The position numbers were made by a program, and so were the translations under genes. Source: Candidatus Iainarchaeum sp. (GTDB lineage: Archaea > Iainarchaeota > Iainarchaeia > Iainarchaeales > DTGL01). From it: a stretch of 64,000 bases of DNA. The stretch's first letter is position 1; each line of letters begins with the position of its first letter. The stretch covers positions 96,001 through 160,000 of the forward strand of contig JAOAJX010000001.1 in NCBI GenBank assembly GCA_026413945.1, in the 5' to 3' direction. The notes below the pieces were generated by a model, which made no database searches, was not told the DNA's origin, and was given only the letters and a program-made list of their open reading frames with translations. Shown here in pieces: positions 37,726-45,621 of this stretch.

Positions 37726-39231
37726 TTAAACATCACTTTGTGGTCTCATATGTGGGAATAATATGACTTCTTTTATTGATGTCTTGTTTGCTAAGAACAT
37801 AATTAATCTGTCTATGCCAATTCCTACACCACCCGTTGGTGGTAAGCCGTAACCAAGAGCCTTTATATAATCATAATCCACTAATTTTGTAACGTTATCT
37901 TTTTCGAGGGCAATTTGTGACTCTAGTCTTTCTTTTTGTTCTATTGGATCGTTGAGTTCTGAAAAACCATTTGCAAGTTCATAACCATTGACAAATAGCT
38001 CAAACCTTTCTGTAAAATAATTTTTATCTCTGCTTTTCTTTGCCAGAGGAGATACTTCAATTGGGAATTCTGTTACAAATGTTGGTTGTATCAAAGAATC
38101 TTCTACAAAATTTTCAAAGAGAAGTACAACTAGCTCGCCTTTGGTCTCAATATTTTCTGCTTCTTTTAGTCCTTTTTTTTGGGCCTCAGTCAATAGTTTT
38201 TTGAAACTTAAGGACTCAACATCAATATCCAGAAAATCTTTTATGAGATCGCTCATGCTTTTAATCTTCCATTTTGGCTTAAAGTCAATTTCAGTATCAG
38301 CAAATTTAATCTTATATTTACCGTTTGTCTCTTTTATAACCTCACTTATAAGCTCTTCAGTTAATTCCATCATGCCATTATAGTCTTTATATGTCTCATA
38401 TATCTCAATCATTGTAAATTCGGGGTTATGTAATGTGTCTATGCTTTCGTTTCTAAAATTTTTTGCAATTTCGAAAACCTTTTCAAAACCACCAACTACG
38501 AGGCGCTTTAGATATAATTCTGGTGCTATACGAAGATATAGCTTCTGTTTTAGAAAATTATGATATGTTTCAAATGGTTTTGCTTTTGCACCACCATAAA
38601 TTGGCTGTAATATTGGAGTTTCAACTTCTATGAATCCTTTGGATTCTAATATGTGTCTTATTTTAGATATTGCTTTTGCTCTCTTTAGGAAGACATCTCT
38701 AGTCTCCTGATTACAGATAAGGTCAAGATGTCTTTCGCGATATCTTCTTTCTGTATCTTGAAGGCCATGAAACTTTTCTGGAAGAGTTGCGATAGACTTT
38801 GAGAGAAGAACATAATTGTTCACCCAAACGGTAAGTTCGCCCATCTTTGTTCTAAAAACCCAACCATTTAAGCCGATTATATCACCAGTATCAATTAACT
38901 CCTTGAAGAAATGGAATTTCTCTCTGCCAAGTTCATCTTCTTTTAGGTATAATTGTATCTTGCCAGTAAAATCTCTAATATCCGCGAATATTGCTTTGCC
39001 ATGGTGTCTAATAGCATAAATTCTCCCAGCTAATGAAACAGTTTCTTTTGCTTTCTCGTGTGTTGCTTTTTCATATTTTTTTATAACAGCATCTATTCTT
39101 TGTGGATTCTCAAAACTATATTCATAAGGGTTAACTTTACTTGAGATTATTTTTTTGAGTTTACCTATTTTTATTTCATCGAAGCCAAGCTTCTTAATTT
39201 CTAGGTCATTTAATGTATTCTCCAAAAACAT
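37726..39231 (-). CDS. lysS: Lysine--tRNA ligase, class II
   Basis: LPEKFHGLQD.E.RYRERHLDL, GGAKAKPF, LRIAPELYLKRL, FRNE, HNPEFT, YGLPPTGGVGIGIDRL. Confidence 0.97.
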   Translation of the reverse strand: MFLENTLNDLEIKKLGFDEIKIGKLKKIISSKVNPYEYSFENPQRIDAVIKKYEKATHEKAKETVSLAGRIYAIRHHGKAIFADIRDFTGKIQLYLKEDELGREKFHFFKELIDTGDIIGLNGWVFRTKMGELTVWVNNYVLLSKSIATLPEKFHGLQDTERRYRERHLDLICNQETRDVFLKRAKAISKIRHILESKGFIEVETPILQPIYGGAKAKPFETYHNFLKQKLYLRIAPELYLKRLVVGGFEKVFEIAKNFRNESIDTLHNPEFTMIEIYETYKDYNGMMELTEELISEVIKETNGKYKIKFADTEIDFKPKWKIKSMSDLIKDFLDIDVESLSFKKLLTEAQKKGLKEAENIETKGELVVLLFENFVEDSLIQPTFVTEFPIEVSPLAKKSRDKNYFTERFELFVNGYELANGFSELNDPIEQKERLESQIALEKDNVTKLVDYDYIKALGYGLPPTGGVGIGIDRLIMFLANKTSIKEVILFPHMRPQSDV

Positions 39232-39244
39232 CACTTCTTTTTAT

Positions 39245-39332
39245 TGGGGCTGCTGGGATTTGAACCCGGGTCTCCAGCTTTTTTGAATGATTCCCAAAGC
39301 TGGTATGCTAAGCCAAACTACACCACAGCCCC
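39245..39332 (-). tRNA. tRNA-Pro(TGG) with 13-nt intron at 37/38 (39280-39292)
   Basis: Acceptor GGGGCTG/CAGCCCC; CCAGC-TTTGGG[AATCATTCAAAAA]A-GCTGG. Confidence 0.9.
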
Positions 39333-39334
39333 TT

Positions 39335-39407
39335 TGGGCCCGACGGGACTTGAACCCGCGACACCTGGATTAAAAGTCCAGTGCTCTGCCAGCTGAGCTA
39401 CGGGCCC
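39335..39407 (-). tRNA. tRNA-Lys(TTT)
   Basis: Acceptor GGGCCCG/CGGGCCC; CTGGA-CTTTTAA-TCCAG; discriminator A. Confidence 0.95.
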
Positions 39408-39541
39408 ACAAAGTTATAAAATATCATTTTGTAGAAAATACATAAAAGAGTTGCACCGAGCTATTTAAAAAACTGCCATACTGTGTGATAATAAAAAGTA
39501 TTTACACAAAAGTTAATTAAGAGTTTTGCTGAAAGAAATAA

Positions 39542-40078
39542 ATGATGCCAGAAGTGGTAGTTCTTAGGTATGGTCATAGGCCTATTAGGGATGAACGTGT
39601 TACAACACACTGTTGTTTGGTTGCAAGAGCTTTTGGTGCTGATGAAATAACAATAATAGGCAATACAGATGAAAATCTAAAAAAAAGGATTGAGAAAGTA
39701 GTTAAAAATTGGGGCGGAAGATTTAAGGTTGATTTTAAAAAATCTTGGTTAGAAGAGGTCAGAAGACTTAAAGAAGAAGGTTTTAGTATAGTTCATCTTA
39801 CAATGTATGGAAAACCTCTTGAAAAAATAATTGAAGATATTAGAAAGCATAAAAAAATAGCAATAATTGTTGGCTCAAAGAAGGTTGAACCTAATGTGTA
39901 TATTGAAAGTGATTATAACATATGTGTTACAAAACAGCCACACAGTGAAATTGCTGCTCTTGCAGTTTTTCTTGATTGGTACTTTGATGGGTCTGAGCTT
40001 TCGAAAGCTTTTGCTGGTGCAAAAATGAAAGCAACAGAAAAAAAATTTAAAAAAACAGGTGGAAAAAATGGCTTTTAA
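39542..40078 (+). CDS. trm56: tRNA (cytidine(56)-2'-O)-methyltransferase
   Basis: LRYGHRPIRDERVTTH..LVARAFGA, VHLTMYG, QPHSEIAALAVFLD. Confidence 0.95.
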   Translation: MMPEVVVLRYGHRPIRDERVTTHCCLVARAFGADEITIIGNTDENLKKRIEKVVKNWGGRFKVDFKKSWLEEVRRLKEEGFSIVHLTMYGKPLEKIIEDIRKHKKIAIIVGSKKVEPNVYIESDYNICVTKQPHSEIAALAVFLDWYFDGSELSKAFAGAKMKATEKKFKKTGGKNGF

Positions 40079-40595
40079 AATATATAAAGAGGCGGCATTT
40101 GTTGATTTTTTAAATAAAAATGCCGGGAAGGGTTCACACTTAGTAGTTGTAGTATTGTGGGAAAGTCGCAAACCAATGAAAGATGAAAAAATAGCTGATA
40201 AAACAGGTCTTAAAGTAACAGAGGTGAGGACAATATTAAATAGGCTGCATTACCGTGGCATAGCAAACTATGAAAAGGAAAGAAATGAAAAAAGTGGCTG
40301 GTATAATTATAGTTGGTTTATTGACAAGAAAAAGCTCATAGGGCTTATAATAGAAGAGCTTTGTGAAACAGCAGATAAGCTAGAAAAAGAGAAAACAATA
40401 AAAGAGAATTATACAATATTTGTATGTAAGCAGGGTTGCTCAGAGATTCCTTTCGAAATTGCGGCAGAATATAATTTCAGATGTCCGGAATGTGGAAGAG
40501 ACATGAATTGTATTAATCCGAAAAAGCTTAAAAATGAGATCAGGAAGAAAGTAATTTCAATTAAGAAGCAGATTGAGGCTTTGAAAAAGGCATAA
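40068..40595 (+). CDS. tfe: Transcription factor E (TFE alpha)
   Basis: DEKIA...EVRTILNRL...GWYNYSW winged helix; Zn ribbon CKQGC...FRCPECG. Confidence 0.9.
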   Translation: MAFKIYKEAAFVDFLNKNAGKGSHLVVVVLWESRKPMKDEKIADKTGLKVTEVRTILNRLHYRGIANYEKERNEKSGWYNYSWFIDKKKLIGLIIEELCETADKLEKEKTIKENYTIFVCKQGCSEIPFEIAAEYNFRCPECGRDMNCINPKKLKNEIRKKVISIKKQIEALKKA

Positions 40596-40766
40596 TTACG
40601 CAAAATGTTGGACAAATAATGCATAAGATGGTGAAATTTTATTTTAAATAAATATTAATTATAAAGATTTATTTTAGGAATTGGTCGTTTAATAAGGTTA
40701 TTTAGAAAAAAATAGCCTAAAAATCTGAAAAAATATATTAAATAAGTCCAAAAAAGTTATTTTTGT

Positions 40767-40841
40767 AGCGGGGTGGGGCAGCTTGGAGTGCCCGTCGGGC
40801 TCATAACCCGAAGGTCGATGGTTCAAATCCATCCCCCGCTA
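40767..40841 (+). tRNA. Initiator tRNA-Met(CAT)
   Basis: A1-T72 pair, three G-C pairs in the anticodon stem, loop CTCATAA. Confidence 0.95.
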
Positions 40842-40896
40842 TAATTAAATTTTTAATATCTTTTTAAAGTTAAAAACAAATTTTACAAAATTTTGC

Positions 40897-41073
40897 TATG
40901 TAAATTAAAATATTTTATAAAATTTTATAAGAAGTAACTATGTAATAAGTTTATAAAAAACTTTTTAGAGATGTTTGGGTTTAAATCAAATATGTAATAG
41001 TCTTCAAATTGAAGTATTTTATATGAAATATTTTATAAAGTGGTTTAAGAAAAGTTATTTTATAACTATGTAA
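40897..41073. repeat. Very AT-rich intergenic tract with four TATGTAA and several TTTTATAA copies
   Basis: TATGTAA at 40897, 40939, 40991, 41067; TTTTATAA at 40913, 40923, 41031, 41058. Confidence 0.5.
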
Positions 41074-41161
41074 TTTTAGAAAATCTTTCATTACTTGTAA
41101 TTACTAAAATTAATGGTTTTTACCGTAAGTTTTTTAAGTAAATACTGTAATAAATGTAAAT

Positions 41162-41629
41162 ATGGTAGTTAAGAGAATATTGAAAGCATTAATAAAGTTA
41201 GGTATTAAAATTAAAAATTGGGCTATTGAAGAAGACGAAAGTTCTGTTTATAGTAGGGTGGAGTATAGTGAGAGTAACAAAGAGCTGAGATCTCTTTGGG
41301 ATTTTTTATCTTTCAATGAGAACACCCAAGCATATCATTTAGTAAATGTCCTGGGTTTTGATGAATGGGTAGATATGCCAGAGATAAGAAGAAGAATAAA
41401 AGAACTTTTTGGGGTGGATTACAAAAATGAACGCAGCTTATATCCATATTTAAAAACACTTGTAGATATTAACTTAGTTGAAACACATAGCATAGGTGGC
41501 CGCAGAAAATGGAGAAAAAGAGAGTTTCTGTTTGAAGTAAATGTCTATGAAAATCAATCAAAAGACAATGCTGATTTAGCAAAAAGGAAAGAAATCAGAA
41601 AGAAACTGAATCTAAAGAGTTCCTTTTAA
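41162..41629 (+). CDS. Hypothetical protein, probable winged-helix DNA-binding domain
   Basis: EIRRRIKELFG...SLYPYLKTLVDINLVE...RRKWR. Confidence 0.6.
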   Translation: MVVKRILKALIKLGIKIKNWAIEEDESSVYSRVEYSESNKELRSLWDFLSFNENTQAYHLVNVLGFDEWVDMPEIRRRIKELFGVDYKNERSLYPYLKTLVDINLVETHSIGGRRKWRKREFLFEVNVYENQSKDNADLAKRKEIRKKLNLKSSF

Positions 41630-42190
41630 AGATTCACAGAGCCTTTTGAAGTTAGTTAAACGTTCGGAGTAAGAATAGCTTTTCAGAAACCATTCATGAG
41701 AAATTAATTTGTTACAAGTAGGCAATATTATTTCCTTACTGTTTTGATCCGTTCTCGTTGTGGGTAGTTTCGAAAGAAAGTTCTCTAAAAGAATTTTTTC
41801 ATTATTGCTGCTAACCCATTGTCTATCTAAAACTTTTTCGCATGCTTTTGCAGCCAGTTGTTCATTTATTTGCTTGTCACTTAGGTAATAAACTGCTTTC
41901 CATTCGCCTTTAGATGACCATCTATGTGCTGGATTCTCACCAGTATTAAAGAAGTTAATCAGTTTCTGAAAAGAATCAACTGGGATTATAATTGAATTTT
42001 TAGAAGGCCTTATAAAAGGTACATCTGACAAAACCCCTTTTCTATGGTACTTATATCTTTTACCACTAGATTTGTTAACTGCCTGTGTATAGCCATAAAG
42101 TGCCCTAAATAATTTTTGATATGTGTAAGATGCTCTACTAACTGACTTTGGAATTATAAATTTATATTGTACAAAATAGGCTTTTAGCGT
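41612..42190 (-). CDS. Hypothetical protein, probably 192 aa with ACG start (ORF track calls only 41612-42031)
   Basis: Frame stays open 53 codons upstream of the TTG to an ACG, preceded by GAGGGTGG and an in-frame TAA. Confidence 0.6.
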   Translation of the reverse strand, partial: TLKAYFVQYKFIIPKSVSRASYTYQKLFRALYGYTQAVNKSSGKRYKYHRKGVLSDVPFIRPSKNSIIIPVDSFQKLINFFNTGENPAHRWSSKGEWKAVYYLSDKQINEQLAAKACEKVLDRQWVSSNNEKILLENFLSKLPTTRTDQNSKEIILPTCNKLISHEWFLKSYSYSERLTNFKRLCESLKGTL

Positions 42191-42347
42191 TTAGACCACC
42201 CTCTATAGTTCCGATAATACTGTTAGAGTATATTTGGAGCTTTTTATGTATAAGTATCTAAGTATTATTGCGATAATTATTAAAATATTGCTTATACATA
42301 ATGTTTTTTAGCTTTTGATCAATAACTTTAAGTCTCTTTTTAATAAC

Positions 42348-42599
42348 TTACTTTGGTACTTCCTGTCTTGTCGAAATAAGCAAAATATCCTTAGACGAGA
42401 TGACTTTGCTGTAAGGTATGCTTTTTTCAGTTATTATCTTTCTAGCTTCAGCTTTTGAGTTCGCTTTTAAAGGTTCTGTAGTTATTGTTTCTATTCTTCC
42501 CTTTTCGAGGTTAATTACAAGGTCAAAAACTTTACCTTTGCGTTCGCCATCAATTGTATATATTTCTTTCCCAAAAAGTTCTGAAAGTCTCACAGTCAT
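42348..42599 (-). CDS. PRC-barrel domain protein (CdpB-like)
   Basis: LSELFGKEIYTIDG...GKVFDLVINLE.G.I...IPYSKV....DILLI. Confidence 0.85.
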   Translation of the reverse strand: MTVRLSELFGKEIYTIDGERKGKVFDLVINLEKGRIETITTEPLKANSKAEARKIITEKSIPYSKVISSKDILLISTRQEVPK

Positions 42600-42735
42600 T
42601 TAAAACCCTCCCTTCAACAATTATAAAATCTCATAATATATTATCTTCTTAATATTTAAACCTTGTGTTTAGTCTACTAATTTTATTGCTCACATTAACG
42701 TTTTGATTATCGGAACAATGACCTCTCAGTATTTT

Positions 42736-43602
42736 TTAGCTATTTAACTCATCAAGTGGACTCTTAACCTTTTTTAGCTCCTCAACAGAAACTTTCGTGT
42801 ATATTTGCGTAGTTGACAAATTACTATGCCCCAAAAGCTCTTGTATTTTTCTTATATTCTCTCCTCGTTCAAGTAAATGTGTTGCGAAAGTATGCCTAAA
42901 GCTGTGCGGTGTCACATTTTTATTTATCCCCGCCTTAATCCTAGCTTTCCTCACAATCCTTTGAATAGTGTCCACTGATATTGGCCTTCCCTTATAATCT
43001 GAAAAAACATATTCGCTATTTTTTTTCCTCTTTTGCAAATAACTTTTAAAATCATTTATCCAAGAATCTGAAAGTATTATAATTCGGTCTTTGTTTCCTT
43101 TCCCACCTCTTACAAGTGCTGTTTTTTCAGCCAAATTTAAATCATTTATTTTCAACTTAGTGACTTCACTAACTCGCAGACCGCTTGAATACAAAAGCAT
43201 CATTATAAGCTTATCTTTCTTTCTTGTAGTGGAATTTATAATTCTCAGTACCTCTTCGCGGGTCATCACAACAGGCAACTTGGTGCCTTTTTTTGGTCTT
43301 TTTATATCTTCCATAACCTCGCTTTTAAGATACTCTTTGAAGAAATGCCTCAACGCAGAATAAACCAAGCACATTGTTGAATCCGTTGCATTATTCTGTT
43401 TTTTGTATGCCATGTAAGCAATGATATCTTCTCGATTTACATTTAAGGGATCTTTCTTAACAAACTCGAGAAACTCTTTTAAGTAAAGCAAATACATCTT
43501 CAGAGTTCTGGCTGAAAAACCACCAACTATAAGTTCTCTTCTAAACGCTTCTACGTACTTCTCAATAAAATCATCTTTTTGTGACTTTGCAATGTCCATC
43601 AT
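42736..43602 (-). CDS. xerA: Tyrosine recombinase XerA-like
   Basis: SAM-like N-terminus, LPVV.T.EE, SGLRVSE, GKGNKDR, HSFRHTFATHLLE, LLGHS..STTQIY. Confidence 0.85.
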   Translation of the reverse strand: MMDIAKSQKDDFIEKYVEAFRRELIVGGFSARTLKMYLLYLKEFLEFVKKDPLNVNREDIIAYMAYKKQNNATDSTMCLVYSALRHFFKEYLKSEVMEDIKRPKKGTKLPVVMTREEVLRIINSTTRKKDKLIMMLLYSSGLRVSEVTKLKINDLNLAEKTALVRGGKGNKDRIIILSDSWINDFKSYLQKRKKNSEYVFSDYKGRPISVDTIQRIVRKARIKAGINKNVTPHSFRHTFATHLLERGENIRKIQELLGHSNLSTTQIYTKVSVEELKKVKSPLDELNS

Positions 43603-43672
43603 TAATATATTGCTTAATCATTTAAAAAAAGCATTTGGTAAATAATCATAAAAAACCACTTTGATCAAAAAT

Positions 43673-45553
43673 TTAACTATGAATTGTTGTCCTTATTGAA
43701 TCACCTTGCTTTTTCACCGCTATACTAACTTCTTTCCCGCTAAAATTGATTCGCCTTTTTAAGTAGTTCACATTATATGGCAATTTTGGATTTATGCTTA
43801 TTTCTCCTTTTGGAGCAAACGGCTTAATACCCAACATAAATTCATCTATGGCCCTTATTACAAGTGCAGCACCCCATAATTGTAATTTACAACCCATCGG
43901 CTCAAAATTGTTACTATTCCATGATTCGCCTATACAGCCAACAGCGTCATCTTCAGTTAACTGATCCATAATTTTTAAGATTTCATAGCCTTTCTCAGTT
44001 CTACCAAGCATGAACTCAGCGCAGGCCAGCCAACCGGTGCAAAGAGACCAAGCTTGGCCATTGTGATATGCTGCTGGATTATACTCCTTGCTATTTCTTG
44101 ATAGACTCATAACCCCTTTTTCACAGAACATGTCCTCGGATTCGAAGCTCTCAATTTTTTTGCTAAAAAGACCCATTAATATTGCCACAAGTGCATTTGG
44201 TCTTTTAGAAAAATCCATTTGATCTCCAACAAGACGATCAGCGTATACACCATCAGAGTAAAAACTTTTTTGAATAATATGTCTTTGCCTTCTAGCCACG
44301 CTTTCAGACTCACAGGCCAAAGCCAAAGCTTTACTGCTCGGTCTTTTTGTGATAAAAACTAGTTTCGAGAAATCATCCAGAGCTTTAGAAAATAATGCTT
44401 GTATTTCTATGGCATTGTCACGTCTGTTGATAGTATCCATCCATGTTTCATTTTCTTTTGAATCATGCGATATAAAACCACGACTATCACACCTAGATAG
44501 TAAGTACTCAATTATTTGACACATCACTTCAAGATTTTTTTCCAAAAAACTTAAGTCTCCAGAGAATGCAATGTAATCATAAATAGCAGATATATACATA
44601 ATGCTAGAGTCTATAGAAGAATAGTTTCTTTCATTTTCATAGATGTAATTTGGAACTTTTCCATCAACTACATTTTCAGAAAATAGTGTTAATATTTCTT
44701 TTGCACGACCCAAAAAACCAGAATATAATATTGCCGGTATGCTCCAAAAAAGATCTCTTCCCCAAAATTGCAAAAACCAAGGCAACCCAGCATAGTAGGC
44801 TCTACCACCAAAAAGCAACTCCATATTTATTGTAGCTTTCTTGTAAAGATTAGAAATCAATAGATCATCTGATTCAATGTTTTTTGCCAATAACTCATAA
44901 AAATTTCTTTTTACAAATAAATCATCACTGCTAATTTTCTTCTCAGAACCAATCGAGAAAACAATTCTTACTTCTTTCCCATCTAAATAGAATCTGCCGG
45001 GAACATAGAATCTTTGTCTTTCTCCACATGGGCTGTGTTCTTTATACTGCGGCTCTAATCTAAAAGACATTTTTCCAAGCAAGCAGGAAATGCAAATCTT
45101 TCCAAGCTCAGATTCTACCTCAACTATATTAGAATCTTCTAAAAACTTTGTTTGATATGTTCTTTCATGCCAATTTTCTTCACGTCTTCTGATATTTAAT
45201 GCGACCTCTAATTCAGCATCAATATTTTTTTCATTTGCATTTTTCAGTTCAACAACTATACAGGCATCACTCAAAGGGGTCCAAACCGACTGCAAAAAAA
45301 CACCATCTTTCAAACTATGAGCATGAGTGGCTCTTGCAAAATCATATGTTGTTTTAATACAGTTATTTTCTGATAGGTATTCTCCACCAACTTTAAAATC
45401 AAAAAATTCCAGGAACTTTTTATTTTGCGACCAAAAACCAGTCCATTTTGTTTTGAATCCAGTGTCGCAATACCTATGAAAAAAACAATTTTTGTTGCTT
45501 AAAAAATAAGAGTATTTTCCTAAATTATAATTTTTACTTAAAGATGAAAACAT
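43673..45553 (-). CDS. Amylo-alpha-1,6-glucosidase (glycogen debranching enzyme-like)
   Basis: AGLPWF..FWGRD, SIDS, ETWMD, EIQAL, RPNA, YHNG.AW, Q.W. Confidence 0.85.
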   Translation of the reverse strand: MFSSLSKNYNLGKYSYFLSNKNCFFHRYCDTGFKTKWTGFWSQNKKFLEFFDFKVGGEYLSENNCIKTTYDFARATHAHSLKDGVFLQSVWTPLSDACIVVELKNANEKNIDAELEVALNIRRREENWHERTYQTKFLEDSNIVEVESELGKICISCLLGKMSFRLEPQYKEHSPCGERQRFYVPGRFYLDGKEVRIVFSIGSEKKISSDDLFVKRNFYELLAKNIESDDLLISNLYKKATINMELLFGGRAYYAGLPWFLQFWGRDLFWSIPAILYSGFLGRAKEILTLFSENVVDGKVPNYIYENERNYSSIDSSIMYISAIYDYIAFSGDLSFLEKNLEVMCQIIEYLLSRCDSRGFISHDSKENETWMDTINRRDNAIEIQALFSKALDDFSKLVFITKRPSSKALALACESESVARRQRHIIQKSFYSDGVYADRLVGDQMDFSKRPNALVAILMGLFSKKIESFESEDMFCEKGVMSLSRNSKEYNPAAYHNGQAWSLCTGWLACAEFMLGRTEKGYEILKIMDQLTEDDAVGCIGESWNSNNFEPMGCKLQLWGAALVIRAIDEFMLGIKPFAPKGEISINPKLPYNVNYLKRRINFSGKEVSIAVKKQGDSIRTTIHS

Positions 45554-45621
45554 TATTCCAAATATAAAAATGAAAGTTATTTAATCTTTATTATTTTTAT
45601 TTACTATCGAAAGGCGGTTTA

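Noticed and set aside
40767-43602. Integrated mobile element (tRNA plus tyrosine recombinase)
   Set aside because: No duplicated tRNA-iMet 3' end or mobile cargo seen; the recombinase looks like chromosomal XerA.
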